A stretch of 33,623 bases of DNA from a bacterium. Lineage in GTDB: Bacteria; Patescibacteriota; Saccharimonadia; UBA4664. Below, in pieces: positions 7,276-15,581 of the stretch. A model generated the notes under the pieces. It searched no databases. It was not told where the DNA came from and saw nothing but the letters and a program-made list of their open reading frames with translations. The translations under genes and the position numbers were made by a program. Every line of letters starts with the position of its first letter. Position 1 is the stretch's first letter. The DNA lies in assembly GCA_043740495.1 (NCBI GenBank), contig JAYUCF010000057.1:1-33623 (forward strand), given 5' to 3'.

Positions 7276-7309
7276 AAAAAGACTTTTCATCAAACGAAAA
7301 GTCTTTTTT
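7275..7309 (+). terminator. Strong (bidirectional-type) rho-independent terminator directly after the remnant CCA
   Basis: Perfect 14-bp stem AAAAAAGACTTTTC(7275-7288)/GAAAAGTCTTTTTT(7296-7309), loop ATCAAAC. Its position right after ...GCTCCACCA mirrors the terminator after the live tmRNA. Confidence 0.85.
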
Positions 7310-7372
7310 GTTTGAGTTTAGCTACAGGGATAAGCAAAGGGATTTTAATTGATAAGGTTGCGGGAGGTTATA

Positions 7373-7401
7373 TTGACAAAGTAGTAAATTTATGCCAAAA
7401 T
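7373..7401 (+). promoter_or_regulatory. Promoter: -35 TTGACA, 17-nt spacer, extended -10 TGcCAAAAT
   Basis: TTGACA at 7373-7378, TG at 7393-7394, CAAAAT at 7396-7401. It lies upstream of the 7466 CDS. Confidence 0.55.
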
Positions 7402-7465
7402 GTTTATTGACCTTGATAACTCGACACAGGTAAGCACTCACCCAACACCTACAGGGAGGCACGTC

Positions 7466-7903
7466 ATGTTCTCGAGGCAGAATACTACCTGCATACGTCC
7501 CGAAGCACTCGCAGCCGCCCGATGGTGGGGCGATCAGCTTCGCGGCCCAACTCAGCGCAATATCAGCGGTGATTCAACTACGGTTGGTGCGGAGCTCACT
7601 AAGGCCGCACCGGCGGCAGACGCTGAGCTCAACTCGCACGACGTCACCGAGGATCGCATTGTGCAGTTCGAGGCAAAGTTGGCTGAGACCATTTCAGCTC
7701 AGCTGAATATGCCTCGGGAATATGACGTGCAGGTGAGCGTAGGCTACGATCCCAACAAGACCGTGTACAAAGCCGCTCAGGACGCCGGTATACCCTCTGC
7801 GATGATATTCTTCTCCTCGAAAACCGTCATGGTCATCAGGGATGGGGAAGTCAAGGTGAGCGCGGGTTACTGTGCCAAGTTCGTAAATGTTCCTATGAGC
7901 TGA
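7466..7903 (+). CDS. Hypothetical protein (unknown function)
   Basis: The track ORF starts at 7400. I prefer the in-frame ATG 7466, which is preceded by GGGAGG (7454-7459). High GC, host-like. Sequence features: RPEALAAARWWGDQLRG...VSVGYDPNKTVYKAAQDAGIP. I recognise no family. A GC-rich nested hairpin plus T-run follows the stop (about 7921-7980). Confidence 0.6.
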   Translation: MFSRQNTTCIRPEALAAARWWGDQLRGPTQRNISGDSTTVGAELTKAAPAADAELNSHDVTEDRIVQFEAKLAETISAQLNMPREYDVQVSVGYDPNKTVYKAAQDAGIPSAMIFFSSKTVMVIRDGEVKVSAGYCAKFVNVPMS

Positions 7904-8034
7904 CCCTCCGGGTCGGCTCCGCGCCCCGCAAGGACGAATCAACACCCACCAGGGTGGAGCCTCGTTTCGGCGGGGCTTTTAGTTTGCAGAAATAACGCCC
8001 CGGAGCTGGTGCAGCGGCTAAACTCGTGGGCAGC

Positions 8035-8262
8035 TCAGGGGTTTTCTTGCTCTTTGTGACGCAAATACCATTCAGCTAAGTCGTCATCTTCGCTGTAATG
8101 TCCCTCGGAATGCGTGTCTGGATCTTTGGGAACGGCTGAGTTGCCCATGCTGTTGCGATCGATGCGCTCGCCGAATGTCTCGGCTCTTTCGACCGTTTGG
8201 GCATCACTGGCTTGGTCACCCATGTCCATATCGAGTTCTTGTTGCTGATCGTCCTTATCCAT
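8035..8262 (-). CDS. Small highly acidic protein, FGERI-motif family (paralog 2)
   Basis: 75 aa. It has AETFGERIDRNS and C-terminal DDLAEWYLRHKE, both shared with paralog 3. Confidence 0.7.
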   Translation of the reverse strand: MDKDDQQQELDMDMGDQASDAQTVERAETFGERIDRNSMGNSAVPKDPDTHSEGHYSEDDDLAEWYLRHKEQENP

Positions 8263-8378
8263 ACCCTGCCAGTATCAATGCGAATATGATAGCGGTCATA
8301 GTGCGCGGTGGCATTAGTCAATTCGCCTAAATATTCGGTAATTAGAACGGCGTATGCTGATTTGAAATGTAATGTGTC

Positions 8379-9269
8379 ATGAGTATGAAGAAGCGCAAAC
8401 TAGGTGAGCTGGAAGTTTCGGCGATGGGCCTGGGCTGTAGGGGGATGAGTGAATTTTACGGAGAGACAGATGAGGCGGAGAGCCTGCGGACGATTGATCG
8501 GGCACTGGAGCTGGGTATCAACTTCTTGGATACGGCCGATATGTATGGTCCGTTTACGAATGAGGTGCTGGTCGGGAAAGCCATTAAACATAGGCGTAAT
8601 GATGTAATTTTGGCAACGAAATTTGGTAATGTACGCACTGAAGATGGTGATTGGCTGCCATGAAACGGTAAGCCCGAATACGTAAAACAGGCTTGCGATG
8701 CCAGCTTGAAGCGGTTGGTGACCGATCACATTGATTTGTATTATCTGCACCGGGTAGATGATTCGATGCCGATCGAGGACACGGTGGGAGCGATGGCTGA
8801 GCTCGTGAAAGAAGGGAAGGTGGGCTATATCGGACTGAGCGAGGCGGCGCCGGAGACGATTCGGCGGGCGGCTAAGGTGCATACCATTACGGCGCTACAG
8901 ACGGAGTATTCGCTGTGGAGTCGTGACCCGGAGGAGGATATTTTGGCGACGGTGCGCGAGCTCGGGATTGGATTCGTGGCGTATAGCCCGCTGGGTCGGG
9001 GCTTTTTGACGGGGCACTTTAAGCAGCCGGAGGATATTCCAAAAGAAGATTATCGAAGCCGTCTACCGCGGTTTCAGGGTGAGAACTTCTACAAGAACCT
9101 AGAGTTGGTGAAGCTGTTGGAGGAGATGGCCGTTGAGAAGGGTTTGACGGTGTCGCAGCTGGCGATTGCCTGGGTAATGGGCCAAAGCCGCGATATTGTA
9201 CCGATTACTGGCACAAAGCGGTCGACGGCGGGTGACAGGTATGGGGATATGTCGAGTGTGAATCGCTAG
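8379..9269 (+). pseudogene. Aldo/keto reductase pseudogene (in-frame TGA plus internal in-frame deletion)
   Basis: ORFs 8379..8663 and 8706..9269 are in the same frame. TGA at 8661-8663 interrupts ...[40 protein letters not shown], which is otherwise a contiguous AKR sequence. After IVPITGTKR (to 9221) the usual roughly 30-35 aa (x-x-L-E-E-N...) are missing. The sequence jumps to the family-typical C-terminus [13 protein letters not shown]-stop. Confidence 0.8.
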
Positions 9270-9416
9270 AGGGGTGATTCTTGGGCGCTTATTTAACCTA
9301 GCGTGCGGTTGCGCCGGCCTCGGCGTCAAAGTAGTGCGGTCATGAGTGTGGTGATACATCGACAAACAGCAGCCGGTTATGTCCAGTCTAGTATCAAGTA
9401 CCGCATAAACGCTTTG

Positions 9417-9450
9417 CGGCCGAGGAGACGATTGTCTCCTCGGCCGTTTT
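9417..9450 (+). terminator. Orphan strong intrinsic terminator
   Basis: Perfect 13-bp stem CGGCCGAGGAGAC(9417-9429)/GTCTCCTCGGCCG(9434-9446), loop GATT, then TTTT 9447-9450. It lies 147 nt from the nearest credible ORF end. Confidence 0.7.
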
Positions 9451-9695
9451 GCCGTCGGTGGACAGGCAGTGGTTTGTAATTTTGTCCGGATACCTAGATC
9501 GGATGGGGCTCCCGCAGGAGGATGAACCATTCGTTTTGGAAGATGAGGTTGGCGGTAGGGAAGGCGGCCGCAGCGTCGGAAGCATCGCCAAACCCGTGCG
9601 GGCCGGTGGGTCTAGTGGCGCGCGCGTGGCGGTATCACTCAGAGGATGAGACTACCGGTTGTGGGCGGCCGAGTGAAGGCTTCGTGTGAAGTATT

Positions 9696-10088
9696 TCAGT
9701 CGGCGTGCGTGAAGGGGAGGCCGGATCTTGCTGATTCCAAGTAGCTCGTCTCGGGGTGGGTGAGTGCGTGGCTGGCGTGGATGTCTGCGGTGTAGCCACA
9801 GGTTTTGCACTGCCGTCTGACGGTGTTCAGACCGTCCTCGATAACGACCCGGCTGGCAAAGTAGCCTTTCGAGTAGAAGCCGATGCGCGGCTCTCGGCCA
9901 ACGTAAGGACAGGTTCGACGCTCGGCGTTGAGGACCTCGTGGGCTAGCTCATCGGTCAGGCGGAGGCGGTGAAAGCCACCAAACCTGGACTTGGACGTGC
10001 GCAACGGGGTGTAGGTACGTCCATTGCCGATTAAGGCGCACAGAGGGGACTCAGTCAATTTTCCATTGCGATATACCTTGATGTCCAA
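9696..10088 (-). CDS. Hypothetical protein (four Cys, possible Zn-binding; no family recognised)
   Basis: 130-aa ORF with protein-like composition. Notable segments are ...RTCPYVGREPRIGFYSKGYFASRVVIEDG...RQCKTCGYT. Host-like GC. Confidence 0.5.
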   Translation of the reverse strand: MDIKVYRNGKLTESPLCALIGNGRTYTPLRTSKSRFGGFHRLRLTDELAHEVLNAERRTCPYVGREPRIGFYSKGYFASRVVIEDGLNTVRRQCKTCGYTADIHASHALTHPETSYLESARSGLPFTHAD

Positions 10089-10276
10089 GGTGAACCTTTC
10101 GGTCTGGTTGAGTGGTCAGAGATGCTCAATTAACAGAGTTAAGGCTGTCGAAAAGTTATACTACTGTACGATAAATTATATCGTATGTAAATGGATTGTC
10201 GAAGAGCAAGTTTAGTCCTAGCATAAGCACACCCAACTCAACCTGGTATGATTGGGGCAATGGTTATAGGGAGTGC

Positions 10277-10444
10277 ATGATGGTGCGTTTGAGTGCAATA
10301 TCTAGTGGGCCGGTCGGTGCGCAGGCAACCTCCACCACCGCGCCGGTAATGGCGGGAGTGCCGGTGATGCTGTTTGGGATAGTATTTTTGGTGGTACTGG
10401 CGGCTTTTCTGATCTGGTACATGATTATGCGCCGGCGCCCGTAA
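10277..10444 (+). CDS. Small membrane protein (C-terminal TM helix followed by RRRP)
   Basis: The track ORF starts at 10196. I prefer in-frame ATG 10277, preceded by AGGGAG. An extended -10 TGgTATGAT sits at 10244-10252. TM segment: VPVMLFGIVFLVVLAAFLIWYMIM. Confidence 0.45.
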   Translation: MMVRLSAISSGPVGAQATSTTAPVMAGVPVMLFGIVFLVVLAAFLIWYMIMRRRP

Positions 10445-10446
10445 GT

Positions 10447-10653
10447 TTAGTTGTGGCGGTCGAGCCACTCTCCAAGCTCGTCGTGGTCACGGTAGATTAG
10501 TTCACCATATTCGTCGGTCAGCTCCTGGTTGGCACTAGTATTCTCTTTTGCATTTTCAATTCTTTCTCCGAATGTAGGCGGATCATCTATTAGTTTTGTT
10601 TCATGGACTACATGATTCCTATCGCCACGCTGATTGCTTTGATCGTCTTCCAT
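10447..10653 (-). CDS. Small highly acidic protein, FGERI-motif family (paralog 3)
   Basis: The track start 10665 is TTG. I prefer ATG 10653, with GAGGG 5 nt upstream. It has PPTFGERIENAK and C-terminal DELGEWLDRHN. It lies 27 nt downstream of the methyltransferase on the same strand. Confidence 0.7.
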   Translation of the reverse strand: MEDDQSNQRGDRNHVVHETKLIDDPPTFGERIENAKENTSANQELTDEYGELIYRDHDELGEWLDRHN

Positions 10654-10680
10654 CTCAACCCTCAACCTTATTGGAGAATC

Positions 10681-11436
10681 CTAGGGCGCGAATGGAGAAT
10701 ATGCATTGGCGGAATTGCCAACAACTTTCCGGCAAACGAAGTAGACACGGTCGGAGCGGTCGGTGGGTGGTTGGTGGTTAGAATCGAACCTTTCAAGAAC
10801 CTCGAAAGTGGTCTCAAGCTCAGCGGTGACTTGTTCGATAGGGAAGGAAGCTTCATTCACTCGCTCTTGATAGACCTGGATAGCGCCATCGGATCCGGTT
10901 TCCTGAATGGTGACGTGCCAAACAACTTCATTGGTACTGATCGGCTCGATAATCATTTCCATAGTTCCGGTTTTGAAGTTTTGGACGAAACTCGGGACGG
11001 CCGTGAGGGCCTGCAAACGCTCTACGGTGTCCATATCGAAGATGAACAATCCATTTGAACACAGATGTTTTTTAGCACTGGCAAAGAGTTTTTGCCAATC
11101 AGAATAATCAATAAGATGGTTCAGCGTATCAAAAACGCAAATTATGATGTCGAACTGCTGATGCAGTTCAAAGCCGGCGATGGTACCTTGATGAAGGGTA
11201 GCGGCTGGGAGCTTGTGTTGTGCTATTTGCAACATATTGGCGGATTGGTCGATGCCGTGAAGTTCAAATTTGTCGCTAAAACCGGCCATGATACTACCGG
11301 TGCCGCAACCAAGCTCGAGCAGGGAGGCGGCGGCGGGGTGGTGGCGGTTGATGGCAGCGGAAACGATGCTAATAACGTCGCCGCGATCGCCCATGGCGGT
11401 GTCGTAGAAAGGTGCAAATTGGTCGTAGTGAGACAT
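10681..11436 (-). CDS. Class I SAM-dependent methyltransferase
   Basis: Motif I is LLELGCGTGS. The N-terminus MSHYDQFAPFYD is typical for the family. I chose start ATG 11436 rather than 11490 because the longer form overlaps the divergent MFS gene. TATAAT (11448-11443 on the minus strand) lies 6 nt upstream of that ATG. Confidence 0.85.
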   Translation of the reverse strand: MSHYDQFAPFYDTAMGDRGDVISIVSAAINRHHPAAASLLELGCGTGSIMAGFSDKFELHGIDQSANMLQIAQHKLPAATLHQGTIAGFELHQQFDIIICVFDTLNHLIDYSDWQKLFASAKKHLCSNGLFIFDMDTVERLQALTAVPSFVQNFKTGTMEMIIEPISTNEVVWHVTIQETGSDGAIQVYQERVNEASFPIEQVTAELETTFEVLERFDSNHQPPTDRSDRVYFVCRKVVGNSANAYSPFAP

Positions 11437-11460
11437 AGGCCCATTATAGCCTCTCTGGCG

Positions 11461-11469
11461 TGCTAAAAT
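11461..11469 (+). promoter_or_regulatory. Extended -10 TGcTAAAAT, 6 nt before ATG of MFS gene (leaderless configuration)
   Basis: TG at 11461-11462, TAAAAT at 11464-11469, ATG at 11476. Confidence 0.5.
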
Positions 11470-11475
11470 CTGCTC

Positions 11476-12834
11476 ATGACACGTAAACAAGTTCTGACAT
11501 TGGCGGCCACCATCATTGGGAGCGGGCTAGTGATCCTCGACGGAGTGGTGGTGAACTTGGCCCTGCCAAAAATCGGTATCGATTTGCATGCGAGCTTCGC
11601 GGCGCTGCAATGGATTGTTGATGGTTATCTGCTGAGCTTGTCGGCCTTGATCTTGCTGGGAGGGTCGGTAGGAGATATCTTCGGACAGCGCCGGGTATAC
11701 TTCACGGGATTGGTGGGATTTGGAGCGGCATCACTGTTGTCCGGATTGGCACCTAACCAAGAAACGCTCATAGCTTTGAGGATGGTACAGGGTGTATTCG
11801 GGGCCTTGTTGGTACCGAGCGGACTGGCGATAATCAATACGAACTTTCCGCCTCAGATGCGGGCCGCCGCGATTGGGCGGTGGACGGCTTATTCGGCGAT
11901 TGTGACGGCGGCGGGACCCTTACTCGGCGGGTATCTGGTAGACGCCGGCTCGTGGAGGTTAATTTTCTTCATCAACGTACCGTTGGTACTGGTAACGTTG
12001 CTGATGGCGCGGGCCGGCATGGAGCAGCATACCGGAGATCGGAGTCGGCGGGTGGATGTCGGCGGAGCGGCTCTTGCCATGGCGGGGCTGGGCAGCTTGA
12101 CGTACGGGCTGATCGAAGGTCCGGTGACGCATTGGGCCGCGGCTGAAGTGCTGGCGATAGCGGCCGGAATAGTCCTAATGATTGGTTTCGGCTGGTACGA
12201 GCGCCGTCAGTCGGACCCGATGCTCAAGCTGGATTTATTTAAGTCGAGAAATTTTCTTGCAGCAAATATTACAACGTTTTCGATGTATGGCGGCCTCGGC
12301 GGTTTCTTGTTCGCACTGGCAATCTACCTCCAAACGACGGCCGGCTACACAACGCTGCAGGCTGGTGCGAGTTTGCTGCCGATCACGATAATTTTGTTTT
12401 TGGTGTCGGCTCGGGCGGGTGAGTGGGCTGGGGCTCACGGACCGAGAAGGCTGATGACAGTCGGACCACTGCTGGCCGGTACCGGAATCGGGATGCTGGC
12501 GTTCGTGGGCAAGTCGGCGCCGTATTTCACGCGCGTGCTGCCGGGAATCGCGGTGTTTGCGCTGGGGCTGGCGCTGACGGTGGCACCGTTGACGGCAACC
12601 GTAATGGGCTCAGTAGACGAGCAGGACTCGGGGATAGCCTCGGGGGTGAACAACGCCGTATCGCGGGTGGCGGGATTATTTGTTATTGGATTGCTAGGTT
12701 TGTTTGGAGCGGCGAGTTCCTACCAGTTTGCAGCTATCTTGTGTGCGTCATTGGCGGCTTTAGCCGGGGTGATATCATATTTCATGATTAACGACCGGCA
12801 GATCGTGAAAGGTGGCGTTCAGGAGCGGACGTAG
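11476..12834 (+). CDS. MFS transporter, DHA2/EmrB-QacA-like drug:H+ antiporter type
   Basis: 452 aa, polytopic. N-terminus LAATIIGSGLVILDGVVVNLALPKIGIDLHASFAALQWIVDGYLLSLSALILLGGSVGDIFGQRRVY is characteristic of 14-TMS DHA2 members. Confidence 0.85.
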   Translation: MTRKQVLTLAATIIGSGLVILDGVVVNLALPKIGIDLHASFAALQWIVDGYLLSLSALILLGGSVGDIFGQRRVYFTGLVGFGAASLLSGLAPNQETLIALRMVQGVFGALLVPSGLAIINTNFPPQMRAAAIGRWTAYSAIVTAAGPLLGGYLVDAGSWRLIFFINVPLVLVTLLMARAGMEQHTGDRSRRVDVGGAALAMAGLGSLTYGLIEGPVTHWAAAEVLAIAAGIVLMIGFGWYERRQSDPMLKLDLFKSRNFLAANITTFSMYGGLGGFLFALAIYLQTTAGYTTLQAGASLLPITIILFLVSARAGEWAGAHGPRRLMTVGPLLAGTGIGMLAFVGKSAPYFTRVLPGIAVFALGLALTVAPLTATVMGSVDEQDSGIASGVNNAVSRVAGLFVIGLLGLFGAASSYQFAAILCASLAALAGVISYFMINDRQIVKGGVQERT

Positions 12835-12846
12835 AGCCCGAGGATC

Positions 12847-12855
12847 TGATACAAT
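12847..12855 (+). promoter_or_regulatory. Extended -10 TGaTACAAT, 7 nt before ATG of FKBP gene (leaderless configuration)
   Basis: TG at 12847-12848, TACAAT at 12850-12855, ATG at 12863. Confidence 0.5.
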
Positions 12856-12862
12856 CGGCATA

Positions 12863-13522
12863 ATGCTTAGGATGTTCAAAGTCGGAGGCTTGGTGGTGAC
12901 TACGGGGGTGTTCGTGGGTCTGGGCGGGGTCGGGGTGCTGTACTGGCAACACGCCAACAGCCCAGCGACGTCGGAGAAACCCGGCTCGGTGGCGCTTGAT
13001 ACGGCGGCCACACCACTCCCAACTGCCGGACCTGGTCTGCACGTGGCTAGCCCCGGGTCGGTAGAGACAAATGGCGGCGGAGCGCAGATGCTCCTGTCCG
13101 GCACCTCGAAATATGGTGGTGGTACCGATACGCAATCGGCGGCTCCGAGCGCCACGCCTACTGCCAGTGAACTGAAACAATATGAAAAGTACGGGACAAA
13201 CACTACGGCGTTGTACGGAGATTACGTGGCGGGCCAAGGTGCGGCCGTGGCGGCCGGCAGTATTGTAACCGTGAATTATCGCGGTTGGTTGACCAATGGA
13301 ACGATGTTCGATGAATCGTATTCGCGCGGGCAGAGCTATAGCTTCAAGGAGGGTGATCATCGCGTGATTTTGGGTTGGGAAGAAGGTCTGTTTGGGATGA
13401 TGGCGGGCGGTAAGCGGCGGGTGATCGTGCCGCCGGCCAAGGGCTACGGGGCGGCAGAGCATACTGGCATACCGGCTAATTCGGTGCTGGTGTTTGATAT
13501 TGAATTGGTGTCGGTGCAATGA
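12863..13522 (+). CDS. Membrane-anchored FKBP-type peptidyl-prolyl cis-trans isomerase
   Basis: The C-terminal FKBP domain reads VTVNYRGWLTNGTMFDESYSRGQSYSFKEGDHRVILGWEEGLFGMMAGGKRRVIVPPAKGYG...VLVFDIELVSV. N-terminal TM is FKVGGLVVTTGVFVGLGGVGVLYW. I chose start 12863 over the track start 12812. Confidence 0.88.
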   Translation: MLRMFKVGGLVVTTGVFVGLGGVGVLYWQHANSPATSEKPGSVALDTAATPLPTAGPGLHVASPGSVETNGGGAQMLLSGTSKYGGGTDTQSAAPSATPTASELKQYEKYGTNTTALYGDYVAGQGAAVAAGSIVTVNYRGWLTNGTMFDESYSRGQSYSFKEGDHRVILGWEEGLFGMMAGGKRRVIVPPAKGYGAAEHTGIPANSVLVFDIELVSVQ

Positions 13523-13956
13523 TGCGCAGGTTTCAGCTCTGGCTCGGTCTTGGCTTGGCAGGGGTGGTGGTCGGGGGTCTGTTTATTGCGGCTGGGGGGC
13601 TTGAACTCATAGTGAAACCGCCAGCTTCAACGCCGGTGCCAATAGCTGCAAAACAGGGAAACTCGGGTAAATATCTCTACGGCATTACAAACCTGACGAG
13701 CCAGAATAAGAAACGGGTACAATTTGACCCATCGCTACCGACGGACGATACCCTGGTAGTAAAGACCCTGAAGGCGGTGGCGAAGGACGGGTACGGGCTG
13801 GTGCTTGATGAGGAAATTCCGCCGGTGGTTGAGACGATCAACGAGATTAATTTCGTGACGTTTACGGTGGGCCGCACTAAGGTGTTGTTTGAACTGTTTC
13901 GGAATTCGAGCGGTGGGATTGGTATGGCTGATTTCTCGACGGAGCAATTACCCTAA
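13519..13956 (+). CDS. Hypothetical membrane-anchored protein
   Basis: 145 aa. Its start overlaps the FKBP stop (ATGA coupling). N-terminal TM is LWLGLGLAGVVVGGLFIAAGG. Confidence 0.55.
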   Translation: MMRRFQLWLGLGLAGVVVGGLFIAAGGLELIVKPPASTPVPIAAKQGNSGKYLYGITNLTSQNKKRVQFDPSLPTDDTLVVKTLKAVAKDGYGLVLDEEIPPVVETINEINFVTFTVGRTKVLFELFRNSSGGIGMADFSTEQLP

Positions 13957-13984
13957 TATGTTTTGGCCTCAGCTCGATGGCAAT

Positions 13985-14014
13985 TTGGCAGGTTGAGCGT
14001 AAATCTGGTAGAAT
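13985..14014 (+). promoter_or_regulatory. Promoter of guaB: -35 TTGGCA, 18-nt spacer, extended -10 TGgTAGAAT
   Basis: TTGGCA at 13985-13990, TG at 14006-14007, TAGAAT at 14009-14014. This implies a leader of roughly 55 nt before ATG 14077. Confidence 0.5.
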
Positions 14015-14058
14015 GGGCGAAATCTCCTGGCGAGGTGGAGCTCATATTTTTAATATAG

Positions 14059-15549
<1,491 letters not shown>

Positions 15550-15581
15550 CTAACTAGGACCAGACAAGGAGCAACCTGAGC

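Noticed and set aside
7134-7352. 72-aa plus-strand ORF
   Set aside because: It spans the tmRNA-like remnant and reads straight through a 14-bp-stem terminator. It has no coding-like composition.
8661-8663. In-frame TGA in the aldo/keto reductase as evidence for UGA recoding (code 25/4) or selenocysteine
   Set aside because: TGA is used as a genuine stop by neighbouring conserved genes: FKBP at 13520-13522, alpha-glucosidase at 19920-19922 (both ATGA-coupled to the next gene) and the 7466 gene at 7901-7903. The position is a variable, non-catalytic loop with no obvious SECIS-like hairpin. The gene also carries a second lesion.
9270-9695. Possible SRP RNA, RNase P RNA or 6S RNA in the gene-free stretch
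   Set aside because: I see only a short AGCAGCC match to the SRP domain IV motif. There is no GGAA/GNAR tetraloop context and no RNase P GAGGAAAGUCC-type box. The evidence is insufficient without a covariance-model scan.
10603-11058. 151-aa plus-strand ORF antisense to the methyltransferase and paralog 3
   Set aside because: It is a shadow of two minus-strand genes with clear motifs and overlaps both.
12775-13519. 142-aa and 243-aa minus-strand ORFs opposite the FKBP gene, and similar Arg/Pro-rich ORFs elsewhere (2044..2475, 9099..9530, 14765..15232, 25693..26064)
   Set aside because: These are high-GC shadow ORFs with R/P/H/S-rich composition. Each overlaps a confidently identified gene on the other strand.
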